64,000 bases of DNA from Eledone cirrhosa (taxonomy: Eukaryota). The notes under the pieces were generated by a model. That model was not told the DNA's origin. It made no database searches and worked only from the letters and a program-made list of their open reading frames with translations. The position numbers and the translations under genes were made by a program. This document shows, one piece after another, positions 1-15,100 of the stretch. Within the stretch, counting starts at the first letter, position 1; the number at the start of each line of letters is the position of its first letter. The DNA is taken from the NCBI GenBank assembly GCA_964016885.1, contig OZ024744.1, positions 12,214,001-12,278,000 on the forward strand, read 5' to 3'.

Positions 1-3000
1 TGAAACATTCTACTTGACCATCAAATGGCTGTCTATAACATAAAACATTCTATGTGACCATCTAATGACAGTCTATAACATGAAACATTCTATTTGACCA
101 TCAAATGGCTGTCTATAACATAACACATTCTATTTCACCATCTAATGACGGTCTATAACATAAAACATCTATTTGTCCATCTAATGACGGTCTATAACAT
201 AAAACATTCTAAGTGACCATCTAATGACAGCCTATAACATAAAACATTCTATTTGTTCATCTAATGACTGTCTATAACATGAAACATTCTATTTGTCCAT
301 CTAATGACGGTCTATAACATAAAACATTCTATTTGTCCATCTAATGACGGTCTATTACATAAAACATACTATTTGACCATCTAATCACTGTCTATAACAT
401 AAAACATTCTATTTCACCATCTAATGACTGTCTATAACATAAAACATTCTATGTGACCATCTAATTACTGTCTATAACATACAACATTCTATTTTACCAT
501 CTAATGACGGTCTATAACATAAAACCTTCTATTTAACCATCTAATGACTGTCTATAACATAAAACATTCTATTTGTCCATCTAATGACTGTCTATAACAT
601 AAAACATTCTATTTGTCCATCTAATGACGGCTATAACATAAAACATTCTATTTGTCCATATAACGACTGTCTATAACATAAAACATTCTATCTGACCATC
701 TAATGACTGTCTATAACATAAAACATTCTATTTGTCCATCTAATGACGGTCTATAACATGAAACATTCTATTTGTCCATCTAATGACGGTCTATAACATA
801 AAACATTCTATTTGACAATCTAATGACTGTCTATAACACAGAACATTCTATTTGACCATCTAATGACTGTCTATAACATAAAACATTCTATTTGACCATC
901 TAATGACTGTCTATAACATAACACATTCTATTTCACCATCTAATGACTGTCTAGAACGTAAAACATTCTACTTAACCATCTAATGACGGTATATAACATA
1001 AAACATTCTATTTGACCATCTAATGAGTGTCTATAACTTAAAACATTCTATGTGACCATCTAATGACTGTGTATAACATAAAACATTCTATTTGTCCATC
1101 TAATGTCGGTCTATAACATAAAACATTATATTTGTCGATCTAATGACGGTCTATAACATTAAACATTCTATTTCACCATGTAATGACTGTCTATAACATA
1201 AAACATTCTATTTGACAATCTAATGACTGTCTATTACACAGAACATTCTATTTGACCATCTAATGACTGTCTATAACATAGAACATTCTATTTGACTATC
1301 TAATGACTGTCTATAATATAAAACATTCTATTTGACCATCTAATGACTGTCTATAACATAACAGATTCTATTTCACCATCTAATGACTGTCTATAACATA
1401 AAACATTCTATTTGTCCATCTAATGACGGTCTATAAGATAAAACATTCTATTTGTCCATCTAATGACGGTCTATAACATAAAACATTCTATTTGTCCATT
1501 TAATGACGGTCTATAACATAAAACATTCTATTTGACCATCTAATGACTGTCTATAACATAAAATATTCTATTTGACCATCTAATGACTGTCTATAACATA
1601 GAATTTTCTATTTGACCATCTAATGACTCTCTGTAACATAAAACATTTATTTGTCCATCTAATGACGGTCTATAACATAAAATATTCTATGTGACCATCT
1701 AATGACTGTCTATAACATAAAACATTCTATTTGTCCATCTAATGACGGTCTATAACATAAAACATTCTATTTCACCATCTAATGACTGTCTATAACATAA
1801 AACATTCTATGTGACCATCTAATTACTGTCTATAACATACAACATTCTATTTTACCATCTAATGACGGTCTATAACATAAAACCTTCTATTTGACCATCT
1901 AATGACTGTCTATAACATAAAATATTCTATTTGTCCATCTAATGACGGTCTATTACAGAAAACATTCTATTTGACCATCTAATGACTGTCTATAACATAA
2001 AACATTCTATTTGTCCATCTAATGACGATCTATAACATAAAACATTCTATGTGACCATCTAATCACTGTCTATAACATGAAACATTCTATTTGTCCATCT
2101 AATGACTGTCTATAACATAAAACATTCTATTTGTCCATCTAATGACGGTCTATAACATAAAACATTCTATTTGTCCATCTAATGACGGTCTATAACATGA
2201 AACATTCTATTTGTCCATCTAATGACGGTCTATAACATAAAACATTCTATTTGTCCATCTAAAGTCTGTCTATAACATAAAACATTCTATTTGACAATCT
2301 AATGACTGTCTATAACACAGAACATTCTATTTGACCATCTAGTGACTGTCTATAACATAAAACATTCTATTTGACCATCTAATGACTGTCTATAACATAA
2401 CACATTCTATTTCACCATCTAATGACTGTCTAGAACGTAAAACATTCTACTTAACCATCTAATGACGGTATATAACATAAAACATTCTATTTGACCATCT
2501 AATGACTGTCTATAACTTAAAACATTCTATGTGACCATCTAATGACTGTCTATAACATAAAACATTCTATTTGTCCATCTAATGTCGGTCTATAACATAA
2601 AACATTATATTTGTCGATCTAATGACGGTCTATAACATTAAACATTCTATTTCACCATGTAATGACTGTCTATAACATAAAACATTCTATTTGACAATCT
2701 AATGACTGTCTATTACACAGAACATTCTCTTTGACCATCTAATGACTGTCTATAACATAAAACATTCTATTTGACTATCTAATGACTGTCTATAATATAA
2801 AACATTCTATTTGACCATCTAATGACTGTCTATAACATAAAACATTCTATTTGTCCATCTAATGACGATCTATAAGATAAAACATTCTATTTGTCCATCT
2901 AATGACGGTCTATAACATAAAACATTCTATTTGTCCATCTAATGACGGTCTATAACATAAAACATTCTATTTGACCATCTAATGACTGTCTATAACATAA

Positions 3001-6000
3001 AATATTCTATTTGACCATCTAATGACTGTCTATAACATAAACATTCTATTTGTCCATCTAATGACGGTCTATTACATAAAACATACTATTTGACCATCTA
3101 ATCACTGTCTATAACATAAAACATTCTATTTGACCATCTAATGACGGTCTATAACATAAAACATTCTATTTGACAATCTAATAACTGTCTATAACACAGA
3201 ACATTCTATTTGACCATCTAATGACTGTCTATAACATAACAGATTCTATTTCACCATCTAATGACTGACTAGAACGTAAAACATTCTTTTTAACCATCTA
3301 ATGACGGTATATAGCATAAAACATTCTATCTGACCATCTAATGACTGTCTATAACATAAAACATTCTATTTGTCCATCTAATGACTGTCTATAAGACAAA
3401 ACATTCTATTTGTCCATCTAATGACGGTCTATAAGATAAAACATTCTATTTGTCCATCTAATGACGGTCTATAACATAAAACATTCTATTTGACCATCTA
3501 ATGACTGTCTATAACATAAAATATTCTATTTGACCATCTAATGACGGTCTATAGCATTAAAAATTCTATTTGACCATCTAATGACTCTCTGTAACATAAA
3601 ACATTTATTTGTCCATCTAATGACGGTCTATAACATAAAATATTCTATTTGACCATCTAATCACTATCTATAACATAAAACATTCTATTTGTCCATCTAA
3701 TGACGGTCTATAACATAAAACATTCTATTTCACCATCTAATGACTGTCTATAACATAAAACATTCTATGTGACCATCTAATTACTGTCTATAACATACAA
3801 CATTCTATTTTACCATCTAATGACGGTCTATAACATAAAACCTTCTATTTAACCATCTAATGACTGTCTATAACATAAAACATTCTATCTGTCCATCTAA
3901 TGACTGTCTATAACATGAAACATTCTATTTGTCCATCTAATGACGGCTATAACATAAAACATTCTATTTGTCCATATAACGACTGTCTATAACATAAAAC
4001 ATTCTATCTGACCATCTAATGACTGTCTATAACATAAAACATTCTATTTGTCCATCTAATGTCGGTCTATAACATAAAACATTAAACATTCTATTTCACC
4101 ATGTAATGACTGTCTATAACATAAAACATTCTATTTGACAATCTAATGACTGTCTATAACACAGAACATTCTATTTGACCATCTAATGACTGTCTATAAC
4201 ATAAAACATTCTATTTGACTATCTAATGACTGTCTATAATATAAAACATTCTATTTGACCATCTAATGACTGTCTATAACATAACAGATTCAACTTCACC
4301 ATCTAATGACTGTCTATAACATAAAACATTCTATTTGTCCATCTAATGACGGTCTATAAGATAAAACATTCTATTTGTCCATCTAATGACGGTCTATAAC
4401 ATAAAACATTCTATTTGTCCATCTAATGACGGTCTATAACATACAACATTTTATTTCACCATATTATGACTGTCTATAACATAAAACATTCTATGTGACC
4501 ATCTAATGACGGTCTATAACATAAAACATTCTATGTGACCATCTAATGACTGTCTATAACATAAAACATTCTATTTGTCTATCTAATGACGGTCTATAAC
4601 ATAAAACATTCTATTCGACCATATAATGACTGTCTATAACATAATCATTCTATGTGACAATCTAATCACTGTCTATAACATAAAACATTCTTTTTATCCG
4701 TCTAATGAAGTCTATAACATAAAACATTCTATTTGTCTATCTAATGACGGTCTATAACATTAAACATTCTATTTCACCATCTAATGACTGTTTATAACAT
4801 AAAACATTCTATGTGACAATCTAATGACAGTCTGTAACATAAAACATTCTATTTGACCATCAAATGACTGTCTATAACATACAACATTCTACCTGACCAT
4901 ATAATGACTGTCTATAACATAAAACGTTCTATGTGACCATCTAATTACGGTCTATAACATAAAACATTCTATTTGTCCATCTAATGACGGTCTATAACAT
5001 ACAACATTCTATTTGACCATATAATGACTGTCTATAACATAAAACATTCTATGTGACCATCTAATGACGGTCTATAACAGAAAACATTCTATTTGACCAT
5101 CTAATGACTGTCTATAACATAAAACATTCTATTTGTCCATCTAATGAGGTCTATAATATAAAACATTCTATTCGACCATATAATGACTGTCTATAACATA
5201 AAACATTCTATGTGACAATCTAATGACTGTCTATAACATAAAACATTCTTTTTATCCGTCTAATGAAGTCTATAACATAAAACATTCTATGTGACCATAT
5301 AATGACTGTCTATAACATAAAACATTCTATTTTACCATCTAATGACTGTCTATAACATAAAACATTCTATTTGACCATCTAATGACTGTCTATAACATAA
5401 CACATTCTATTTCACCATCTAATGACTGTCTATAACATAAAACATTCTATTTGACCATCTAATGACTGTCTATGACATAAAACATTCTATTTGACCATCT
5501 AATGACTGTCTATAACATAAAACATTCTATTTGACTATCTAATGAGTGTCTATAACATAAAACATTCTACTTGACCATCTAATGACTCTCTATAACGTAG
5601 AACATTCTATGTGACCATCTAATGACTGTCTATAACATAAAATATTCTATTTGACCATATAATGACTGTCTATAACATAAAACATTGTATGTGACCATCT
5701 AATGACGGTCTATAACATAAAACATTCTATTTGACCATCTAATGACTGTCTATAACATAGAACATTCTATGTGACCATCTAATGACAGTCTATAACATGA
5801 AACATTCTATTTGACCATCAAATGGCTGTCTATAACATAAAACATTCTATTTGACCATCTAATGACTGTCTATAACATAACACATTCTATTTCACCATCT
5901 AATGACGGTCTATAACATAAAGCATCTATTTGTCCATCTAATGACGGTCTATAATATAAAACATTCTAAGTGACCATCTAATGACAGTCTATAACATAAA

Positions 6001-9000
6001 ACATTCTATTTGTCCATCTAATGACTGTCTATAATATGAAACATTCTATTTGTCCATCTAATGACGGTCTATAACATACAACATTCTAGTTGACCATATA
6101 ATGACTGTCTATAACATAAAACATTCTATTTGTCCACCTAATGACGGTATATAACATAAAACATTCTATTTGTCCATCTAATGACGGTCTATTACATAAA
6201 ACATACTATTTGACCATCTAATCACTGTCTATAACATAAAGCATTCTATTTGTCCATCTAATGACGGTCTATAACATAAAACATTCTATTTGACAATCTA
6301 ATAACTGTCTATAACACAGAACATTCTATTTGACCATCTAATGACTGTCTATAACATAACAGATTCTATTTCACCATCTAATGACTGACTAGTACGTAAA
6401 ACATTCTTTTAACCATCTAATGACGGTATATAGCATAAAACATTCTATCTGACCATCTAATGACTGTCTATAACATAAAACATTCTATTTGTCCATCTAA
6501 TGACTGTCTATATGATAAAACATTCTATTTGTCCATCTAATGACGGTCTATAACATAAAGCATTCTATTTGTCCATCTAATGACGGTCTATAACATAAAA
6601 CATTCTATTTGACAATCTAATAACTGTCTATAACACAGAACATTCTATTTGACCATCTAATGACGGTCTATAGCATAAAAAATTCTATTTGACCATCTAA
6701 TGACTCTCTGTAACATAAAACATTTATTTGTCCATCTAATGACGGTCTATAACATAAAATATTCTTTTTGACCATCTAATCACTATCTATAACATAAAAC
6801 ATTCTATTTGTCCATCTAATGACGGTCTATAACATAAAACATTCTATTTCACCATCTAATGACTGTCTATAACATAAAACATTCTATGTGACCATCTAAT
6901 TACTGTCTATAACATACAACATTCTATTTTACCATCTAATGACGGTCTATAACATAAAACCTTCTATTTAACGATCTAATGACTGTCTATAACATAAAAC
7001 ATTATATTTGTCCATCTAATGACGGCTATAACATAAAACATTCTATTTGTCCATATAACGACTGTCTATAACATAAAACATTCTATCTGACCATCTAATG
7101 ACTGTCTATAACATAGAACATTCTATGTGACCATCTAATGACAGTCTATAACATGAAACATTCTATTTGACCATCAAATGGCTGTCTATAACATAAAACA
7201 TTCTATTTGACCATCTAATGACTGTCTATAACATAACACATTCTATTTCACCATCTAATGACGGTCTATAATATAAAACATTCTAAGTGACCATCTAATG
7301 ACAGTCTATAACATAAAACATTCTATTTGTCCATCTAATGACTGTCTATAATATGAAACATTCTATTTGTCCATCTAATGACGGTCTATAACATACAACA
7401 TTCTAGTTGACCATATAATGACTGTCTATAACATAAAACATTCTATTTGTCCACCTAATGACGGTATATAACATAAAACATTCTATTTGTCCATCTAATG
7501 ACGGTCTATTACATAAAACATACTATTTGACCATCTAATCACTGTCTATAACATAAAGCATTCTATTTGTCCATCTAATGACGGTCTATAACATAAAACA
7601 TTCTATTTGACAATCTAATAACTGTCTATAACACAGAACATTCTATTTGACCATCTAATGACTGTCTATAACATAACAGATTCTATTTCACCATCTAATG
7701 ACTGACTAGTACGTAAAACATTCTTTTAACCATCTAATGACGGTATATAGCATAAAACATTCTATCTGACCATCTAATGACTGTCTATAACATAAAACAT
7801 TCTATTTGTCCATCTAATGACTGTCTATATGATAAAACATTCTATTTGTCCATCTAATGACGGTCTATAACATAAAGCATTCTATTTGTCCATCTAATGA
7901 CGGTCTATAACATAAAACATTCTATTTGACAATCTAATAACTGTCTATAACACAGAACATTCTATTTGACCATCTAATGACGGTCTATAGCATAAAAAAT
8001 TCTATTTGACCATCTAATGACTCTCTGTAACATAAAACATTTATTTGTCCATCTAATGACGGTCTATAACATAAAATATTCTTTTTGACCATCTAATCAC
8101 TATCTATAACATAAAACATTCTATTTCACCATCTAATGACTGTCTATAACATAAAACATTCTATGTGACCATCTAATTACTGTCTATAACATACAACATT
8201 CTATTTTACCATCTAATGACGGTCTATAACATAAAACCTTCTATTTAACGATCTAATGACTGTCTATAACATAAAACATTATATTTGTCCATCTAATGAC
8301 GGCTATAACATAAAACATTCTATTTGTCCATATAACGACTGTCTATAACATAAAACATTCTATCTGACCATCTAATGACTGTCTATAACATAAAACATTC
8401 TATTTGTCCATTTAATGACGGTCTATAACATGAAACATTCTATTTGTCCATCTAATGACTGTCTATAACACAGAACATTCTATTTGACCATCTAATGACT
8501 CTCTATAACATAAAACATTCTATTTGACTATCTAATGACTGTCTATAACATAAAACATTCTATTTGACCATCTAATGACTCTCTATAACATAACACATTC
8601 TATTTCACCATCTAATGACTGTCTAGAACGTAAAACATTCTACTTAACCATCTAATGACGGTATATAACATAAAACATTCTATTTGACCATCTAATGACT
8701 GTCTATAACTTAAAACATTCTATGTGACCATCTAATGACTGTCTATAACATAAAACATTCTATTTGTCCATCTAATGTCGGTCTATAACATAAAACATTA
8801 TATTTGTCGATCTAATGACGGTCTATAACATTAAACATTCTATTTCACCATGTAATGACTGTCTATAACATAAAACATTCTATTTGACAATCTAATGACT
8901 GTCTATTACACAGAACATTCTCTTTGACCATCTAATGACTGTCTATAACATAAAACATTCTATTTGACTATCTAATGACTGTCTATAATATAAAACATTC

Positions 9001-12000
9001 TATTTGACCATCTAATGACTGTCTATAACATAACAGATTCTATTTCACCATCTAATGACTGTCTATAACATAAAACATTCTATTTGTCCATCTAATGACG
9101 ATCTATAAGATAAAACATTCTATTTGTCCATCTAATGACGGTCTATAACATAAAACATTCTATTTGTCCATCTAATGACGGTCTATAACATAAAACATTC
9201 TATTTGACCATCTAATGACTGTCTATAACATAAAATATTCTATTTGACCATCTAATGACTGTCTATAACATAGAAAATTGTATTTGACCATCTAATGACT
9301 CTCTGTAACATAAAACATTTATTTGTCCATCTAATGACGGTCTATAACATAAAATATTCTATTTGACCATCTAATGACTGTCTATAACATAAAACATTCT
9401 ATTTGTCCATCTAATGACGGTCTATAACATAAAACATTCTATTTCACCATCTAATGACTGTCTATAACATAAAACATTCTATGTGACCATCTAATTACTG
9501 TCTATAACATACAACATTCTATTTTACCATCTAATGACGGTCTATAACATAAAACCTTCTATTTGACCATCTAATGACTGTCTATAACATAAAATATTCT
9601 ATTTCTCCATCTAATGACGGTCTATTACAGAAAACATTCTATTTGACCATCTAATGACTGTCTATAACATAAAACATTCTATTTGTCCATCTAATGACGA
9701 TCTATAACATAACACATTCTATGTGACCATCTAATCACTGTCTATTACATAAAACATTCTATTTGTCCATCTAATGACTGTCTATAACATAAAACATTCT
9801 ATTTGTCCATCTAATGACGGTCTATAACATGAAACATTCTATTCGTCCATATAATGACTGTCTATAACATAAAACATTCTATGTCACCATCTAATGACTG
9901 TCTATAACATAAAACATTCTATTTGACCATCTAATGACTGTCTATGACATAAAACATTCTATTTGACCATCTAATGACTGTCTATAACATAAAACATTCT
10001 ATTTGACTATCTAATGAGTGTCTATAACATGAAACATTCTACTTGACCATCTAATGACTCTCTATAACGTAAAACGTTCTATGTGACCATCTAATGACTG
10101 TCTATAGCATAAAACATTCTATTTGTCCATCTAATGACTGTCTATAACATACAACATTCTATTTGTCCCTCTTATGACGGTCTATAACATAAAACATTCT
10201 ATTTGACCATATAATGACTCTCTATAACATAAAACATTGTATGTGACCATCTAATGACGGTCTATAACATAAAACATTCTATTTGACCATCTAATGACTG
10301 TCTATAACATAGAACATTCTATGTGACCATCTAATGACAGTCTATAACATGAAACATTCTATTTGACCATCAAATGGCTGTCTATAACATAAAACATTCT
10401 ATTTGACCATCTAATGACTGTCTATAACATAACACATTCTATTTCACCATCTAATGACGGTCTATAACATAAAACATCTATTTGTCCATCTAATGACGGT
10501 CTATAACATAAAACATTCTAAGTGACCATCTAATGACTGTCTATAACATAAAACATTCTATTTGTCCATCTAATGACTGTCTATAACAGGAAACATTCTA
10601 TTTGTCCATCTAATGACGGTCTATAACATACAACATTCTATTTGACCATATAATGACTGTCTATAACATAAAACATTCTATGTGACCATCTAATGACGGT
10701 CTATAATATAAAACATTCTATTTGACCATCTAATGACTGTCTATAACATAAAACATTCTATTTGACCATCTAATGACTGTCTATAACATAGAACATTCTA
10801 TGTGACCATCTAATGACAGTCTATAACATGAAACATTCTATTTGACCATCAAATGGCTGTCTATAACATAAAACATTCTATGTGACCATCTAATGACAGT
10901 CTATAACATGAAACATTCTATTTGACCATCAAATGGCTGTCTATAACATAACACATTCTATTTCACCATCTAATGACGGTCTATAACATAAAACATCTAT
11001 TTGTCCATCTAATGACGGTCTATAACATAAAACATTCTAAGTGACCATCTAATGACAGTCTATAACATAAAACATTCTATTTGTCCATCTAATGACTGTC
11101 TATAACATGAAACATTCTATTTGTCCATCTAATGACGGTCTATAACATAAAACATTCTATTTGTCCATCTAATGACGGTCTATTACATAAAACATACTAT
11201 TTGACCATCTAATCACTGTCTATAACATAAAACATTCTATTTCACCATCTAATGACTGTCTATAACATAAAACATTCTATGTGACCATCTAATTACTGTC
11301 TATAACATACAACATTCTATTTTACCATCTAATGACGGTCTATAACATAAAACCTTCTATTTAACCATCTAATGACTGTCTATAACATAAAACATTCTAT
11401 TTGTCCATCTAATGACTGTCTATAATATAAAACATTCTATTTGTCCATCTAATGACGGCTATAACATAAAACATTCTATTTGTCCATATAACGACTGTCT
11501 ATAACATAAAACATTCTATCTGACCATCTAATGACTGTCTATAACATAAAACATTCTATTTGTCCATCTAATGACGGTCTATAACATGAAACATTCTATT
11601 TGTCCATCTAATGACGGTCTATAACATAAAACATTCTATTTGTCCATCTAATGTCTGTCTATAACATAAAACATTCTATTTGACAATCTAATGACTGTCT
11701 ATAACACAGAACATTCTATTTGACCATCTAATGACTGTCTATAACATAAAACATTCTATTTGACCATCTAATGACTGTCTATAACATAACACATTCTATT
11801 TCACCATCTAATGACTGTGTATAACATAAAACATTCTATTTGTCCATCTAATGTCGGTCTATAACATAAAACATTATATTTGTCGATCTAATGACGGTCT
11901 ATAACATTAAACATTCTATTTCACCATGTAATGACTGTCTATAACATAAAACATTCTATTTGACAATCTAATGACTGTCTATTACACAGAACATTCTATT

Positions 12001-12190
12001 TGACCATCTAATGACTGTCTATAACATAGAACATTCTATTTGACTATCTAATGACTGTCTATAATATAAAACATTCTATTTGACCATCTAATGACTGTCT
12101 ATAACATAACAGATTCTATTTCACCATCTAATGACTGTCTATAACATAAAACATTCTATTTGTCCATCTAATGACGGTCTATAAGATAAA
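1..12190. repeat. Left satellite domain: indel-rich subfamily with its own diagnostic variants
   Basis: Variants seen only here include CAAATGGCTG (22, 102, 5819, 7155, 10371, 10850, 10930), the GACGGCTAT 1-bp deletion (~626, 3942, 7021, 8298, 11453), ATAACGACTG, TAATTACTG and ATGTCGGTC (1103, 2582, 4059, 8776, 11851). There are 21 one-bp register shifts in the first 11.5 kb. Confidence 0.8.
5740..8375. repeat. Tandem duplication of a ~1.3-kb (32-34 monomer) block, 5740-7095 / 7096-8375
   Basis: Rare variants are paired: AGTACGTAAA 6391/7708 and TATGATAAAA 6511/7828 (offset 1317). The offset steps 1356->1317->1277 because copy 2 lacks two whole monomers. Confidence 0.85.
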
Positions 12191-15100
12191 ACATTATATT
12201 TGTCGATCTAATGACGGTCTATAACATTAAACATTCTATTTCACCATCTAATGACTGTCTATAACATAAAACATTCTACTTGACAATCTAATGACTGTCT
12301 ATATCACAGAACATTCTATTTGACCATCTAATGACTGTCTATAACATAAAACATTCTATTTTACTATCTAATGACTGTCTATAACATAAAACATTCTATT
12401 TGACCATCTAATGACGGTCTATTACATAAAACATTCTATTTGACCATCTAATGACTGTCTATAACATGAAACATTATATTTGTCCATCTAGTGACGATCT
12501 ATAACATAAAACATACTATGTGACCATCTAATGACTGTCTATAACATAAAACATTCTATTTGTCCGTCTAATGACTGTCTATAACATAAAACATTCTATT
12601 TGTCCATCTAATGACGGTCTATACCACAAAGCATTGTATTTGACCATCTAATGACTCTTTGTAACATAAAGCATTCTATCTGACCATCTAATGACTGTCT
12701 GTAACATGAAAAATTCTATTTGTCCATCTAATGACGTTCTATAACATGAAACATTCTATTTGTCCATCTAATGACGGTCTATAACATGAAACATTCTATT
12801 TGACCATCTAATGACTGTCTATAACATAAAACATTCTATTTGTCCATCTAATGACGGTCTATAACATAAAACATTCTATTTGTCCATCTAATGACGGTCT
12901 ATAACATAAAACATTCTATTTGTCCATCTAATGTCTGTCTATAACATAAAACATTCTATTTGACAATCTAATGACTGTCTATAACACAGAACATTCTATT
13001 TGACTATCTAATGACTCTCTATAACATAAAACATTCTATTTGACCATCTAATGACTGTCTATAACATAAAACATTCTATTCGTCCAGCTAATAACGGTCT
13101 ATAACATAAACCATTCTATTTGTCCATCTAATGACTGTCTATAACATAAAACATTCTATTTGACCTTCTAATGACTGTCTATAACATAAAACATTCTATT
13201 CGACCATCTAATGACTGTCTATAACATAAAACATTCTATGTGACCATCTAATGACTGTCTATAACATAAAACATTCTATGTGACCATCTAATGACTGTCT
13301 ATAAGATAAAACATTCTATTTGTCCATCTAATGACGGTCTATAATATTAAACATTCTATTTGTCCATCTAATGACTGTCTATAACATAAAACCTTCTATT
13401 TGACCATCTAATGACTATCTATAACATAAAACATTCTATTTGTCCATCTAATGACGGTCTATTACATAAAACATTCTCTTTGACCATCTAATGACTGTCT
13501 ATAACATAAAACATTCTATTTGTCCATCTAATGACGATCTATAACATAAAACATACTATGTGACCATCTAATCACTGTCTATAACATAAAACATTCTATG
13601 TGTCCATCTAATGACTGTCTATAACATATAACATTCTATTTGTCCATCTAATGACGGTCTATAACATAAAACATTCTATTTGTCCATCTAATGACGGTCT
13701 ATAACATAAAACATTCTATTTGTCCATCTAATGTCTGTCTATAACATAAAACATTCTATTTGACAATCTAATGACTGTCTATAACAGAGACCATTCTATT
13801 TGACCATCTAATGACTGTCTATAACATAACACATTCTATTTCACCATCTAATGACTGTCTAGAACGTAAAACATTCTATTTAACCATCTAATGACGGTAT
13901 ATAACATAAAACATTCTATTTGACCATCTAATGACTGTCTATAACATAAAACATTCTATGTGACCATCTAATGACGGTCTATAACATAAAACATTATATT
14001 TGTCGATCTAATGACGGTCTATAACATTAAACATTCTATTTCACCATCTAATGACTGTCTATAACATAAAACATTCTACTTGACAATCTAATGACTGTCT
14101 ATATCACAGAACATTCTATTTGACCATCTAATGACTTTCTATAACATAAAACATTCTATTTTACTATCTAATGACTGTCTATAACATAAAACATTCTATT
14201 TGACCATCTAATGACGGTCTATTACATAAAACATTCTATTTGACCATCTAATGACTGTCTATAACATGAAACATTATATTTGTCCATCTAGTGACGATCT
14301 ATAACATAAAACATACTATGTGACCATCTAATCACTGTCTATAACATAAAACATTTTATTTGTCCATCTAATGACTGTCCATAACATAAAACATTCTATT
14401 TGTCCATCTAATGACGGTCTATAACATAAAACATTCTATTTGTCCATATAATGACTGTCTATAACATAAAACATTCTATGTGACCATCTAATGACTGTCT
14501 ATAACATAAAACATTCTATTTGTCCATCTAATGACGGTCTATAACATAAAACATTCTATTTGTCCATCTAATGTCTGTCTATAACATAAAACATTCTATT
14601 TGACTATCTAATGACTGTCTATAACATAAAACATTCTATTTGACAATCTAATGACTGTCTATAACATAACACATTCTATTTCACCATCTAATGACTATCT
14701 AGAACGTAAAACATTCTATTTAACCATCTAATGACGGTATATAACATAACACATTCTATTTAACCATCTAATGACGGTCTATAACATAAAACATTCTATT
14801 TGACCATCTAATGACTGTCTATATCATGAAACATTCTATTTGTCCATCTAATGACAGTCTATAACATAAAACATTCTATGTGACCATCTAATGACTGTCT
14901 ATAACATAAAACATTCTATTTGTCCATCTAATGACGATCTATAACATAACACATTATATTTGTCCATTTAATGACGGTCTATAACATAAAACATTCTATG
15001 TGACCATCTAATGACTGTCTATAACATAAAACATTCTATTTGACCATCAAATGACTGTCTATAACATAAAACATTCTATTTGACCATCTAATGACTGTCT

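Noticed and set aside
812-837. Sigma70-like promoter: TTGACA/TTGACC ... TATAAC/TATAAT in each monomer
   Set aside because: The spacer is 14 bp rather than 16-18, nothing lies downstream to transcribe, and such hexamers are expected by chance in AT-rich DNA.
1279-1290. Heat-shock-element-like dyad TAGAACATTCTA / AGAACATTCT in variant monomers
   Set aside because: It has only two nGAAn units where a functional HSE usually needs three, and it arises from one substitution in a minority of monomers.
4497-4514. Hairpin GACC-N10-GGTC or structured ncRNA
   Set aside because: The stem is only 4 bp and occurs in a less common allele combination. The allele linkage is not compensatory.
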